From positions 14,266-78,265 of the forward strand of contig DKCG01000024.1 of the NCBI GenBank assembly GCA_002449145.1: a stretch of 64,000 nucleotides of DNA. Reading direction: 5' to 3'. Within the stretch, counting starts at the first letter, position 1. Each line of letters begins with the position of its first letter. Under the pieces are notes generated by a model. The model did not search any database. It saw only the letters and a program-made list of their open reading frames with translations, and was not told the origin of the DNA. Source of the DNA: Christensenella sp. UBA6880 (GTDB lineage: Bacteria; Bacillota; Clostridia; Christensenellales; CAG-917). Position numbers and translations under genes: made by a program. Positions 46,255 through 56,099 of this stretch are shown in pieces.

Positions 46255-47571
46255 ATGAAACCTTTGGTGGCAATCGTAGGAAGACCAAACGTCGGAAAAT
46301 CGACGCTTTTCAACAGACTGGTAGGCGACAGAATCGCTATCGTCGAAAACATGCCCGGCGTAACTCGCGACAGAATTTATGCGGATTGCGAGTGGTGCGG
46401 CAGATCGTTTACGCTCATAGATACGGGCGGTCTCGAACTTAAAAGCGACGACGAAATGTGGGGACATATCCGCACGCAAGTGGAAATCGCTGTCGATACG
46501 GCAAATGCGATTTTGTACGTCGTTGACGGAAAAACCGGACTTACGACGGACGACAATCTCGTGTGTTCGTTTTTGAGGAAATCCAAACTTCCCGTAATTC
46601 TTGCGGTAAACAAAATCGACAACAACGATTTAAGCAACGTATACGACTTTTACGCACTCGGATTCGGCGAGCCTCACGCCGTCAGCGCAGAGCAGGGCAA
46701 GGGACTCGGCGATTTGCTCGACGCAATCCTCGAAGTTATACCCGAGCATATGGCGGACGAAGACCCGGAACGTATAAAAATCGCAATCGTAGGAAAGCCG
46801 AACGCGGGCAAGAGTTCGATCACCAACAGACTTTTGGGATACGATAGATGTATCGTCAGCGACATTGCGGGCACGACGCGCGACGCAATCGACACCGAAC
46901 TCGACGTGGGCGAGGACAAGTACCTCATCATCGACACGGCAGGTATGCGCAAGAAAAAAGTCGTAAACGAGGACCTTGAAAGATACTCGGTTATGAGAAG
47001 TTTGCTCGCCGTGCGCAGGGCGGACGTGGTGCTCGTCGTGTGCGACGCAACCGAAGGTCTCACCGAGCAGGACGTCAAAATCGCAGGCTTCGTTCACGAG
47101 GAAGGCAAACCGTCCGTCATCGTTATGAACAAGTGGGATTTGGTGGACAAAAACACGCACACCATTTACGAATTCGAAAAGAAACTAAAAGAAGATTTGA
47201 AGTTTATGGATTATTTCAAATCCGTGTATATATCCGCGCTCAGCGGCAAGCGACTCGACAATCTGCTCCCGCTTTGCAAAGAGGTCGTGGCAAATTCGAG
47301 AAAGCGTATCCCGACGGGACTTCTCAACGAAGTCGTGGGCGACGCTATCCGCATAAGCGAGCCGCCGTCCTATCTCGGCAAAAAACTCAAAATTTTCTAC
47401 GTCACGCAAGTGTCCGTCGCGCCGCCGACTTTCGTGCTTAAAGTCAACGACCCCACGATTATGCACTTCAGTTACAAACGCTATCTCGAAAACGCGTTGC
47501 GAAAGAGTTTCGACTTTTCTGGAACGCCTATCCGCTTGCTCGTCAGAGCCAACGGCGAAAGCGACAAATAA
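46255..47571 (+). CDS. der: Ribosome-associated GTPase Der (EngA)
   Basis: 438 aa. Two G domains (GRPNVGKSTLFN, GKPNAGKSSITN) and a KH-like C-terminus. Confidence 0.95.
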   Translation: MKPLVAIVGRPNVGKSTLFNRLVGDRIAIVENMPGVTRDRIYADCEWCGRSFTLIDTGGLELKSDDEMWGHIRTQVEIAVDTANAILYVVDGKTGLTTDDNLVCSFLRKSKLPVILAVNKIDNNDLSNVYDFYALGFGEPHAVSAEQGKGLGDLLDAILEVIPEHMADEDPERIKIAIVGKPNAGKSSITNRLLGYDRCIVSDIAGTTRDAIDTELDVGEDKYLIIDTAGMRKKKVVNEDLERYSVMRSLLAVRRADVVLVVCDATEGLTEQDVKIAGFVHEEGKPSVIVMNKWDLVDKNTHTIYEFEKKLKEDLKFMDYFKSVYISALSGKRLDNLLPLCKEVVANSRKRIPTGLLNEVVGDAIRISEPPSYLGKKLKIFYVTQVSVAPPTFVLKVNDPTIMHFSYKRYLENALRKSFDFSGTPIRLLVRANGESDK

Positions 47572-47765
47572 CGGCGACGAATTGCGATTTTTCCGTGCGT
47601 TTAATTAAAGAAAATTAACGTCGAAAAACTGCTCGAAAACGATTGCCGAATAGGCGATTCGGTGATATATTCTTACGCGTGATAAAAAGACGCGGAAAAG
47701 CGTGCGCCGCTTGCGGCACTCTTTGAGCGCGCGCGACGTATAGTGTACAAGTGTAGAGGTGTAAT

Positions 47766-49061
47766 ATGAATTACAATTCATTGCCCGCAGACGAACTCGA
47801 AAAACTGCTTAAACAAGAGCAAAAAGCCTACAAAAAACTGCAAAAAGCCGACAGAAGCGTGGATATGACGAGAGGCAAGCCTTCAAAAGAGCAACTCGAC
47901 ATCGCTATGCCTATGCTCGAAAATGCCGCAAAATGCGACTTTTTTATGAGCGGCGTGGACGCGAGAAACTACGGCGAACCCGCAGGCGTAAAGCAGGCAA
48001 GAGAACTTTTCGGCGAACTTTTGGGCGTGAAAGCGGACGAAGTTATCGCCCTTGACGGCTCGTCGCTCGACATTATGTATAACGTTGTGCAGTTTGCAAT
48101 GCAATTCGGCGTTTTGGGGTCTACGCCTTGGAACAAACTCGAAAAAGTCAAATTCATTTGCCCTGCGCCCGGTTACGACAGACATTTCGCCATTTGCGAA
48201 AACTTCGGCATAGATATGATAACCGTGCCTATGCTTTCGGACGGTCCGGATATGGACCTCGTCGAGCAACTCGTGCGCGACGACGAGAGCGTAAAGGGCA
48301 TTTGGTGCGTGCCGAAATACTCGAATCCGACGGGTATCGTGTTCTCGGACAAAGTGGTCGAGCGTATGGCGAACCTCAAGCCAAAAGCGAAAGATTTTCG
48401 CGTTTTCTGGGATAACGCATATTGCGTACACTCGCTCTACGACACCGACGACAAACTCAAAAACATCTTCGACGTTGCAAGAAAAGCAGGCACGCTCGAT
48501 ATGATATACTGCTTCGCTTCCACCGCAAAAATCACGTTTGCCGGCAGCGGCGTAGCAGTGTTTGCTTCCTCTCAAAACAACGTGAAAGATATGCTCAAAC
48601 GTCTTTCTTTCAAGAGAATCAATCCCAACAAGGTCAATCAGATTTTGCACGTCGAGTTTTTGAAAAACGTCGACAACATAAAGAAGATTATGGCGCAACA
48701 CGCGGCGATTCTTCGTCCGAAGTTCGACCTTTTCAGAGTGAGAATGGAAGAAGCGTTCCCCGACGACCAAAACGTGACGTGGTCAACGCCGAGAGGGGGC
48801 TATTTCATTTCCCTCGACGTTCAGGGCGCGGCAAAGCGCATCGTGGAACTTGCAAACGAGGCAGGCGTAAAGTTTACGGCGGCAGGTTCGACGTTCCCGT
48901 ACAGAATAGACGACAACGACGCTAACATTCGTATCGCGCCGAGCGTACCCTCGCTTGAAGAAATGGATTTTGCAATCGACGTGCTTATAAGTTCGATAAA
49001 GATTGCGCTTATTGAAGAGAGTTTGAAAATTGCGACTGACGACGCTTTTTTTAATGAATAA
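47766..49061 (+). CDS. Class I/II PLP-dependent aminotransferase
   Basis: 431 aa. Motifs: DMTRGKPSKEQLD, YSNPTG and SFKRINPNKVNQ. Family-level call only. Confidence 0.7.
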   Translation: MNYNSLPADELEKLLKQEQKAYKKLQKADRSVDMTRGKPSKEQLDIAMPMLENAAKCDFFMSGVDARNYGEPAGVKQARELFGELLGVKADEVIALDGSSLDIMYNVVQFAMQFGVLGSTPWNKLEKVKFICPAPGYDRHFAICENFGIDMITVPMLSDGPDMDLVEQLVRDDESVKGIWCVPKYSNPTGIVFSDKVVERMANLKPKAKDFRVFWDNAYCVHSLYDTDDKLKNIFDVARKAGTLDMIYCFASTAKITFAGSGVAVFASSQNNVKDMLKRLSFKRINPNKVNQILHVEFLKNVDNIKKIMAQHAAILRPKFDLFRVRMEEAFPDDQNVTWSTPRGGYFISLDVQGAAKRIVELANEAGVKFTAAGSTFPYRIDDNDANIRIAPSVPSLEEMDFAIDVLISSIKIALIEESLKIATDDAFFNE

Positions 49062-49164
49062 TAAATCGGCAATCTATAATTGCGAGCGGTTTTTCAAACG
49101 AAAATCGAGTTTGCTTGTAGATCGAACGAAGAATAAACTTAGAGATTAATAGAAGACTAAAATA

Positions 49165-49200
49165 AAAACTCGTCGCATCGTTTGTTGCGACGAGTTTTTA
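49165..49200. terminator. Bidirectional terminator between aminotransferase and metQ
   Basis: aaaaactcgtcgc ... gcgacgagttttt. Confidence 0.75.
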
Positions 49201-49220
49201 TATTTTAATATTGGATATGT

Positions 49221-50123
49221 TTATGCAATATTGCCTCTTAAATCTATTTGAGTGGTAGAATCGCAGGTCATTGCACCGAGATACTTGGTCTTGAAGTAAT
49301 CCGCCACTTCTTTTGAAAGCATTACGTCGGTGAGTGCGTCGATTTTCGCTTTGTATTCTGCATTGTTTTTATAATCGTCAAGTCTTGCCGCAATAACGTT
49401 TGCCTTGCCCGAAACCTGCGCCGGATCGTCTTCAACCGCGGCACGTCTGTCGGACGAAATTTTTCCCGTATATGCGGTGTTGCAGGGAAGAAGTGCGAAA
49501 TCATAGTCGCTCATAGAAGAAACAAGCAAATTTTCGGCTACGAGAGTAACGGTGACGGATTTGTCTTTGCTCGTCCAAGTTTTGGCTGCTTTGCCGATGT
49601 TAAGGTTGTCGCCCGCAGCGTTCACGGGGAAGTTGTCGCCTTCGGTTTCTCTGCTTATCACGCCTTTTTGTTCAAGCAATTGAAATGCTCTTATCGCATT
49701 GGAAACATCGTCGCATATTTCAAATGTTTTGCCTGCGGTAACGGCAGTGCCTACCGCTGCTTTTCCGTAGTAAATTCCCAACGGTTCGTAGTGTACTTTG
49801 CAAGTGGCGAAAAGTTTTGTTTTTCCGGTGTATGCGTTGAGATAAGGTATGTGTTGGAAGTAATTTGCGTCATAGTCGCCGTTTGCAACCGCGTCGTTTT
49901 GCATCGTCCAGTCGAGAACAGTGACTTTTAAGGTGTAACCTTTTTTTGCGAGTTCACTCTTGACGACGCCGTTAAGAACTTCCGCATGAGGCACGTCGGA
50001 TGCGCAAACGCTTATTTCCTTTGCGGAATTGTTCGAACAACCGCCGGCAAAGCAAACCGTCAATACGGTTGCCGCCAGAATGAAGACGGTGCAAATGCTT
50101 TTCAAAATCTTTTTCTTATTCAT
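49221..50123 (-). CDS. metQ: Methionine ABC transporter substrate-binding lipoprotein (MetQ/NlpA family)
   Basis: 300 aa. Lipobox FAGGC and NYFQHIPYL. Confidence 0.85.
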   Translation of the reverse strand: MNKKKILKSICTVFILAATVLTVCFAGGCSNNSAKEISVCASDVPHAEVLNGVVKSELAKKGYTLKVTVLDWTMQNDAVANGDYDANYFQHIPYLNAYTGKTKLFATCKVHYEPLGIYYGKAAVGTAVTAGKTFEICDDVSNAIRAFQLLEQKGVISRETEGDNFPVNAAGDNLNIGKAAKTWTSKDKSVTVTLVAENLLVSSMSDYDFALLPCNTAYTGKISSDRRAAVEDDPAQVSGKANVIAARLDDYKNNAEYKAKIDALTDVMLSKEVADYFKTKYLGAMTCDSTTQIDLRGNIA

Positions 50124-50791
50124 TTCAATAATCTCCTTTTATCTAATAATTTTGCTATTTTAAGTCCTGCTTCCTGAATGATTTGGACTATTATAACCAC
50201 AATGACAATAAGCACCCAGAACGAAGGGGAAGAGAGATAATCCCCGGTGTTCCTCGTGTAGAACGTATAGACGCCGGAAATAAGCCCTCCTGCGCCGATG
50301 TTATATGCAAACGACGTGTACCCCAAAATGCTCACCGCAACCACGGCAACGCCGGTGATAAGCGAAACTTTTGCTTCGGGCAAAATAACTTTGGTTATGA
50401 GTTGAAAATCCGTTGCGCCGAGCGATTTGACCGCTTCTATTTCGCCTGCAGGCACTTCGGCAAGCGATTGCTCAACCATTCTCGCAACAAATCCGAATGC
50501 GCATACGGTCATAGGAATTATTATAGTAAACCATTCCCCAGTGCCTTTTCCAAACCATGCTCTCGTCCATGGTATGCAAAGCACGATGACGATAAGGCAA
50601 GGCACCGAACGCAGAATGTTTACTGCAAGTCCTAACGTAAAATTCAACCACCTGCAGGGCTTCAATCCGTGTTTGCTCGTTGCGTTCAAAAGTATGCCGC
50701 AAGGAAGTCCGAGAATATAGGCAAACAATGTGGACAGCAATGTCATTGCAAGCGTTTCGCCCGTCATGGTCATTATTTCAGCAAAAGTCAT
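50120..50791 (-). CDS. metI: Methionine ABC transporter permease
   Basis: Start set at ATG 50791 (SD GAGGAGG 9 nt upstream; the ORF-track start is a TTG). Polytopic membrane protein with an EAxxxLGA-type loop (EAVKSLGAT). Confidence 0.85.
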   Translation of the reverse strand: MTFAEIMTMTGETLAMTLLSTLFAYILGLPCGILLNATSKHGLKPCRWLNFTLGLAVNILRSVPCLIVIVLCIPWTRAWFGKGTGEWFTIIIPMTVCAFGFVARMVEQSLAEVPAGEIEAVKSLGATDFQLITKVILPEAKVSLITGVAVVAVSILGYTSFAYNIGAGGLISGVYTFYTRNTGDYLSSPSFWVLIVIVVIIVQIIQEAGLKIAKLLDKRRLLK

Positions 50792-51770
50792 CGCTTTCAA
50801 CCTCCTCGAATGGAATCCCTTTTTTGTCAAGATAATCGCAGAGTTTTTTTATGTCTTCGTCATAATAGGGAAGTCTGAAAATAATCTGCCCGTATGTCTT
50901 GCCGTTGATTGCTTTCGTTTCGGCGTAGAACACGGAAAGCAAAATATTGCACTCTTGTATGATGTTGGTTATTATGGGCTTGTCTGTGGTGCCGTCGAAC
51001 ATCAGTTTTACGAGTTTTTCACCTTTTATGCCGGCGTTTATTTTGCCCGAGTAGATAAGTTTTTTTGCAATCGGTTCTTTTGGGGAAAGGAACACGTCTT
51101 GCAAATCTCCTTGCGTAACGATTTCCGATTTGTCTATTATCGCTACTTTGTTGCAAATTGCTTCTATCACGGACATCTGGTGAGATATTATCACAATCGT
51201 AAGATTGAGCGATTTGTTGAGTTCTTTCAGAAGTTCGAGAATAGACTTTGTGGTTTCGGGGTCGAGTGCGGAAGTAGCTTCGTCGCACAAAAGCACTTTC
51301 GGATCTGTCATAAGTGCGCGCGCTATCGCAACTCGTTGTTGTTGCCCTCCGGAAAGTTCCGAGGGATACGCTTTGAGTTTGTCGCCGAGTCCGACCGTTT
51401 CCAAAAGCCTGATTGCCTTTTGTTTTCTGTTTTCGTCGCCGCTTATTTCGCCGGCAAGTTCCACGTTTTTCAACACGTTTCTTTGCTGAAGAAGGTTGAA
51501 TTGCTGAAAAATCATCGAAACTTTTCTGCGTATGGTTCTCAGCCTCTTTTTGTTGGCGCCGACGAGATCCTCGCCGTCTATAATAACACTGCCGCAAGTC
51601 GGCTTTTCAAGCAGATTTATGCATCTGACGAGAGTGCTTTTCCCCGCGCCGGACAAGCCGATTATTCCGAAAATATCGCCGTCGTCTATTTTTAGGTTTA
51701 TGTTGTGTAGTGCGGTAAAGTCACCCGATTTTGAAGGATAGACTTTGCCGAGGTTTATAAGTTCGATCAT
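50778..51770 (-). CDS. metN: Methionine ABC transporter ATP-binding protein (with C-terminal NIL domain)
   Basis: 330 aa from ATG 51770 (MIELINLGKVY). Walker A GLSGAGKST, signature LSGGQQQRV and Walker B LLCDEATSALD. Confidence 0.9.
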   Translation of the reverse strand: MIELINLGKVYPSKSGDFTALHNINLKIDDGDIFGIIGLSGAGKSTLVRCINLLEKPTCGSVIIDGEDLVGANKKRLRTIRRKVSMIFQQFNLLQQRNVLKNVELAGEISGDENRKQKAIRLLETVGLGDKLKAYPSELSGGQQQRVAIARALMTDPKVLLCDEATSALDPETTKSILELLKELNKSLNLTIVIISHQMSVIEAICNKVAIIDKSEIVTQGDLQDVFLSPKEPIAKKLIYSGKINAGIKGEKLVKLMFDGTTDKPIITNIIQECNILLSVFYAETKAINGKTYGQIIFRLPYYDEDIKKLCDYLDKKGIPFEEVESDDFC

Positions 51771-51984
51771 TATAAACTCTCCCGTAATTAATAAAAGCCC
51801 GGAACTTAACGAAAAAGTCCCGGGCAAAATTTTGCATTAAGGCTTATTTTTCCGAAGAGCAATCGGAAAAATGCCCGTGCATAAATGCCCGAGACGTTAA
51901 CATTCGCATTCCGAATTCAAAATGTTTCTTCATAACGATTGCCACTCCTGAAAGATTTCAAAAATCGATTTCCGTTTTTGATAG
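51771..51984 (-). promoter_or_regulatory. ~214-nt metNIQ leader with intrinsic terminator and competing antiterminator (unclassified riboswitch-like element)
   Basis: On the minus strand, hairpin gcccgggac..gttccgggc plus TTTTATT (51825-51790) lies just before the SD. The upstream gtctcgggc (51895-51887) can pair with the 5' arm instead. Confidence 0.5.
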
Positions 51985-51990
51985 AATCAT

Positions 51991-52018
51991 ATTATCATCG
52001 CCAGCACAAAGTTGTCAA
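51991..52018 (-). promoter_or_regulatory. SigA-type promoter of metNIQ
   Basis: On the minus strand: TTGACA (52018-52013), 16 nt, GATAAT (51996-51991). Confidence 0.55.
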
Positions 52019-52106
52019 TCGTTTTTTTGACGATATTTCAGATAAGACGAGTAGAGAAAACTTTGGCGATTTTTTTGAGATTATTAAAATCGTCAGAACT
52101 TTTTTT

Positions 52107-52135
52107 GCATATTCAATGAGGATTATTCATAGAGT
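52107..52135 (+). promoter_or_regulatory. Sigma-E-type sporulation promoter of spoIVA
   Basis: GCATATT, 14 nt, CATAGAGT. This compares with the B. subtilis sigma-E consensus kmATATT / CATACA-T. spoIVA is sigma-E dependent in B. subtilis. Confidence 0.45.
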
Positions 52136-52160
52136 TTAGCAAACAGAATCGGAGGAGTTT

Positions 52161-53639
52161 ATGGATAAATTTGACCTTTATCGCGATATTGCCTCACGAA
52201 CCGGCGGCGATATTTACGTCGGTGTCGTAGGCCCCGTGCGTACCGGCAAGTCTACGCTTATCAAACAAGTGATGCAACAATTCGTCATCGACGGCATCGC
52301 AAATCCCGACGAACGCTCGCGCGCAATCGACGAAATTCCGCAGTCCGCTGACGGCAAAACCATTATGACCACGCAACCGAGATTCGTTCCAAACGAGGCG
52401 GTCAGAGTGTCCGTGGGCGAGAATATCGCCGTCAATATGCGCCTTATAGATTGCGTGGGTTATCTCGTGGACGGCGCGCTCGGCGCGGAAGAAGACGGCA
52501 AAGAACGTATGGTTTCCACGCCGTGGTCGAGCGAAGATATGCCTTTTTCAAAAGCCGCCGAAATCGGCACGCAAAAGGTTATAAAAGAGCATAGCACGAT
52601 TGCGCTTGCAGTCACCACGGACGGTAGTTTCGGCTCGATATCGAGGCAAGACTACGTCAAGGCAGAGGAAAGAGTCATATCCGAACTCAAAGAGTGCAAA
52701 AAGCCGTTCGTCATCGTCCTCAACGTTGCCGACGTCAACGCTCAAAGCGCGCTTGACCTCAAAGACGAACTCGAAAAGAAGTACGACGCGCCCGTTATCG
52801 TCAAAAACGCGTTGACCCTCGACGAGAACGACATCAGCGAGATTCTCGAAACGATATTGCTTGAATTTTCCGTCAAAACCATAGACTTCGATTTGCCGCG
52901 CTGGGTGCAGGCTTTGCCTATGGATTGCGACGTCGTGCGCGAAATCGTGGACAGAGTGAAAAATATGCTCGACGACATCGACAAGATGCGCGACTACGAC
53001 AAAATCGACGCGTACTTCGAGAATGCGGAGTTCTGGAAACAACCGTCCGCAATCAGCCTCGACGCAGGAAAGGGCAGAGTGCAAGTGAAGATGGCAACGG
53101 GCGACGACGTGTTCTTTAAGGTTGCGAGCGAGCAATGCGGCATAGACGTCAAGGACGATTTCGACTTGCTTTGCGAACTCAAAACGCTTTGCAAAGACAG
53201 AGAAAAGATACAAAAAATTCAATCCGCAATGGAACAGGTGGAAACGCTCGGCTACGGAATCGTTGCGCCCACTCTCGACGAAATCGAACTCAAAGAACCC
53301 GAAATCTTGCGACAAGGTCAGCAATACGGCGTGAAACTCTCGGCAAAAGCACCGTCCCTTCACATAATGAAAGTGGACGTCGAAACCGAAGTCAGCCCCA
53401 TTATCGGAAGCGAGCAACAAAGCAAAGATATGGTCGAGGGTATGCTTCAAGACTTTGAAAGCGACAAGCAAGCGATTATGAACACCAACATTTTCGGAAG
53501 GTCGCTCTCGACGCTCGTCGCAGACGGAATCAACAACAAATTGCAAACCGTACCCACCGACGCAGAGCAGAAACTTCGCAAAACTTTGGGACGTATCGTC
53601 AACGAGGGAAAAGGCGGCGTAATTTGTATCTTGTTGTAA
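52161..53639 (+). CDS. spoIVA: Stage IV sporulation protein A
   Basis: 492 aa. MDKFDLYRDIASRTGGDIYVGVVGPVRTGKSTLIK (Walker A) and the conserved C-terminus NEGKGGVICILL. Confidence 0.95.
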   Translation: MDKFDLYRDIASRTGGDIYVGVVGPVRTGKSTLIKQVMQQFVIDGIANPDERSRAIDEIPQSADGKTIMTTQPRFVPNEAVRVSVGENIAVNMRLIDCVGYLVDGALGAEEDGKERMVSTPWSSEDMPFSKAAEIGTQKVIKEHSTIALAVTTDGSFGSISRQDYVKAEERVISELKECKKPFVIVLNVADVNAQSALDLKDELEKKYDAPVIVKNALTLDENDISEILETILLEFSVKTIDFDLPRWVQALPMDCDVVREIVDRVKNMLDDIDKMRDYDKIDAYFENAEFWKQPSAISLDAGKGRVQVKMATGDDVFFKVASEQCGIDVKDDFDLLCELKTLCKDREKIQKIQSAMEQVETLGYGIVAPTLDEIELKEPEILRQGQQYGVKLSAKAPSLHIMKVDVETEVSPIIGSEQQSKDMVEGMLQDFESDKQAIMNTNIFGRSLSTLVADGINNKLQTVPTDAEQKLRKTLGRIVNEGKGGVICILL

Positions 53640-53682
53640 CAAAACGCAGTTTACAATACCGTTTGTAAAGGATAAAACACGA

Positions 53683-53721
53683 AATCCGTCGACAAAGCGA
53701 TTTGTCGGCGGATTTTGTTTT
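53683..53721 (+). terminator. Intrinsic terminator after spoIVA
   Basis: aatccgtcgacaa ... ttgtcggcggatt followed by TTGTTTT. Confidence 0.65.
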
Positions 53722-53881
53722 GAGTTTGCAAAGCGCGGAATCGAGAAGACGAAAACGAAAAAAACTATGCAAATTCGATATATTGTATCGACATTATTTT
53801 TTATATTATATTTATTTGACTTTACGAAAAACAAATTCTAAAATATGGGCGCAATAAAGTTAATGTAAAAGAAGGCATCGT

Positions 53882-55360
53882 ATGCAAAAAGATTTGACCG
53901 TCGGCAAACCTATGAGCGTGATTTGGAAGTTTTGCTTGCCACTTTTCGGTAGCATAATTTTTCAACAACTTTATAATCTCGCCGACAGTTTCGTAGCGGG
54001 AAAATTTATCGGCGACAACGCGCTCGCCGCAGTCGGCAACAGTTACGAAATAACACTTATCTTCATTGCTTTTGCTTTCGGTTGCAACATCGGTTGCTCG
54101 GTTATCGTTTCAAAGTTTTTCGGCGCAAGAAAGTTCAACGATATGAAAACCGCCGTGTTTACCACTTGGATTGCGGGCGGGGTTCTGTGCGCGATTCTTA
54201 TGATTCTCGGGCTTACGCTCAGCGAGGCTCTTTTGAAACTTATCCGCACGCCGAGCATCGTTATGGCGGATTCCAAACTTTATCTCGACATCTACGTTTG
54301 GGGTTTGCCGTTCGTGTTCTTCTACAACATCGCAACGGGTATTTTCTCGGCAATGGGGGATAGCCGCACGCCGTTTATATTCCTCGCTTGCTCGTCGCTT
54401 GCGAATATCGGTATGGACATACTGTTCGTCGCAACTTTCAAAATGGGCGTGGCGGGCGTTGCGTGGGCGACGTTCCTTTGTCAAGGCGTAAGTTGCGTTC
54501 TTGCCGTCGTGTTCGTTTTGATTCAACTCAAAAAGGTCAAAACCGAAGGCAAAATCAAAGTCTTTTCTTGGCGTATTTTGCGCGATACGGCGGTGATTGC
54601 CGTTCCGAGTATCTTCCAACAAAGTTTCATTTCGGTGGGCAACATCATCATTCAAAGTATGGTCAACTTTCTCGGCACGGTGGTTATGGCAGGCTACTCG
54701 GCAAGCATAAAACTCAACAACCTCGTCGTAACGTCGTTCACCACGCTCGGCAACGGTATTTCAAACTACACGAGCCAGAATCTCGGCGCAAACAAGCCCG
54801 AGCGTATTCGCCCCGGGTTTATGTCGGGTCTGATTTTCGTTTGGATACTGTGCGTGCCTATCGTGCTTTTATATATGCTCGCGGGCAAGCCGCTTCTTCT
54901 CATATTCCTCGAAGACGGCGGAAGCGAGTCCATACAAGTCGGCTTGCAGTTCTTGCGTATCGTGTCGCCGTTCTACTTTATGGTCGCGGTCAAAATCATT
55001 GCGGACGGCGTGCTTCGCGGCGGCGGAAAGATGGGAAGATTTATGATAACCACCTTTACCGACCTCATTCTTCGCGTAGTTATATCCGCATTCTTGTACA
55101 AACCTATGGGAGCGACGGGTATATGGTGGTCTTGGCCTATCGGTTGGGCGGTCGGAACAATCCTTTCGGCGGCGTTCTTCTTCACGATAAAGTGGAAAAA
55201 GCACCTTCCCGAAGAAGTGTATATCCGCGAGCCGAATTTGCCTCAGTCGCTCGTAGATTGCGATGAAGAACACGCTACGGAAGTTCTCGAATCCGAGCGG
55301 GAAGCAACCGACGACGCGCTTGCCGCCGTTGAAACGGACAGCGAAAACGTCACCGAGTGA
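53882..55360 (+). CDS. MATE-family efflux transporter
   Basis: 492 aa, with 12 predicted hydrophobic segments. The N-terminus KFCLPLFGSIIFQQLYNLADSFVAGKFIGDNALAAVG is typical of MatE. It has an acidic C-terminal tail. Confidence 0.85.
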   Translation: MQKDLTVGKPMSVIWKFCLPLFGSIIFQQLYNLADSFVAGKFIGDNALAAVGNSYEITLIFIAFAFGCNIGCSVIVSKFFGARKFNDMKTAVFTTWIAGGVLCAILMILGLTLSEALLKLIRTPSIVMADSKLYLDIYVWGLPFVFFYNIATGIFSAMGDSRTPFIFLACSSLANIGMDILFVATFKMGVAGVAWATFLCQGVSCVLAVVFVLIQLKKVKTEGKIKVFSWRILRDTAVIAVPSIFQQSFISVGNIIIQSMVNFLGTVVMAGYSASIKLNNLVVTSFTTLGNGISNYTSQNLGANKPERIRPGFMSGLIFVWILCVPIVLLYMLAGKPLLLIFLEDGGSESIQVGLQFLRIVSPFYFMVAVKIIADGVLRGGGKMGRFMITTFTDLILRVVISAFLYKPMGATGIWWSWPIGWAVGTILSAAFFFTIKWKKHLPEEVYIREPNLPQSLVDCDEEHATEVLESEREATDDALAAVETDSENVTE

Positions 55361-55415
55361 TTGCACCGCAAACGGAAAAACGCATAAGATAATGAACAAA
55401 TTAGTCGAATAACAA

Positions 55416-55446
55416 AGAAAAACGCACCGTCGGGTGCGTTTTTTGA
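55416..55446. terminator. Bidirectional terminator
   Basis: aaaaacgcacc-gtcg-ggtgcgtttttt. Confidence 0.75.
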
Positions 55447-55466
55447 TGGATTCTTACGAGAGGGGA

Positions 55467-55649
55467 TTACCAGTCTTCACGATGATTGATTTTGACATCG
55501 TCGTAATACTCAAAGTACTTTTGTTTGTATCTTTGAGTTTCGTTGCGGTGGCGTTTTAGTTCTTCACGCGCCGCCTTTTCGGCTTCATTTTTCGGCTCTG
55601 CACCCTTTACTTCGTCAATAGGGGTGAGGCGAGTTTTTTCGTAATCCAT
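55467..55649 (-). CDS. Hypothetical 60-aa K/E-rich protein
   Basis: MDYEKTRLTPIDEVKGAEPKNEAEKAAREELKRHRNETQRYKQKYFEYYDDVKINHREDW. There is no clear SD. It lies between the yhbY hairpin and a good terminator. Confidence 0.3.
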   Translation of the reverse strand: MDYEKTRLTPIDEVKGAEPKNEAEKAAREELKRHRNETQRYKQKYFEYYDDVKINHREDW

Positions 55650-55668
55650 AAGAAAAAATCTACTCTTC

Positions 55669-55689
55669 GGGTGTGGGCAGAGCCCACCC
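55669..55689 (-). repeat. Bulged GGGYGGG..CCCRCACCC hairpin, copy 3
   Basis: The minus strand reads gggtgggctctgcccacaccc. It is preceded by an AATTAATAATTAATAAT run that contains the yhbY stop. Confidence 0.6.
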
Positions 55690-55713
55690 AAAATTATTAT
55701 TATTAATTATTAA

Positions 55714-56007
55714 TTAAATTTGTATATGTTCCACGTCGTCGCGGGTGCTGCGCTTGTATATTACGATTTTGTTGCCGATTGCAGTTACGGGTTCTGCACC
55801 AGTCTTTTGGCATACCTCGTCCAAAACGTCTTTGGTGTTTGCCTCTGCGTTGCGAAGGACGGATATTTTGACAAGTTCGTGAAGTTCGAGCGCAAGACAA
55901 ATGTCCTTGACTTGGTTGTCGCCCACGCCGTTTTTGCCGATTTGGAAGATTGGATTTATCGTTTGCGCCATACTGCGAAGTTTTGCGCGTTGTGCACTTG
56001 TTATCAT
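55714..56007 (-). CDS. yhbY: Ribosome assembly RNA-binding protein YhbY (CRM domain)
   Basis: 97 aa. LRSMAQTINPIFQIGKNGV...LVKISVL...IGNKIVIYKRS. Confidence 0.85.
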   Translation of the reverse strand: MITSAQRAKLRSMAQTINPIFQIGKNGVGDNQVKDICLALELHELVKISVLRNAEANTKDVLDEVCQKTGAEPVTAIGNKIVIYKRSTRDDVEHIQI

Positions 56008-56099
56008 TTTTACCTCGATTGTTCGATTGCGCCGTGCAATCTGTTAAAACTGTATTTTGTCACCGCTATATTAGCATTTTTGACGGCACTATGCAAGCG

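Noticed and set aside
51771-51984. SAM-I (S-box) riboswitch or Met T-box upstream of metN.
   Set aside because: The conserved S-box and T-box sequence blocks are absent by eye. The region is kept as an unclassified riboswitch-like leader instead.
51939-52139. 66-aa plus-strand ORF between the metN promoter and spoIVA.
   Set aside because: It has a TTG start without an SD. It overlaps the divergent metN promoter and the sigma-E promoter region of spoIVA, and it has no recognisable motif.
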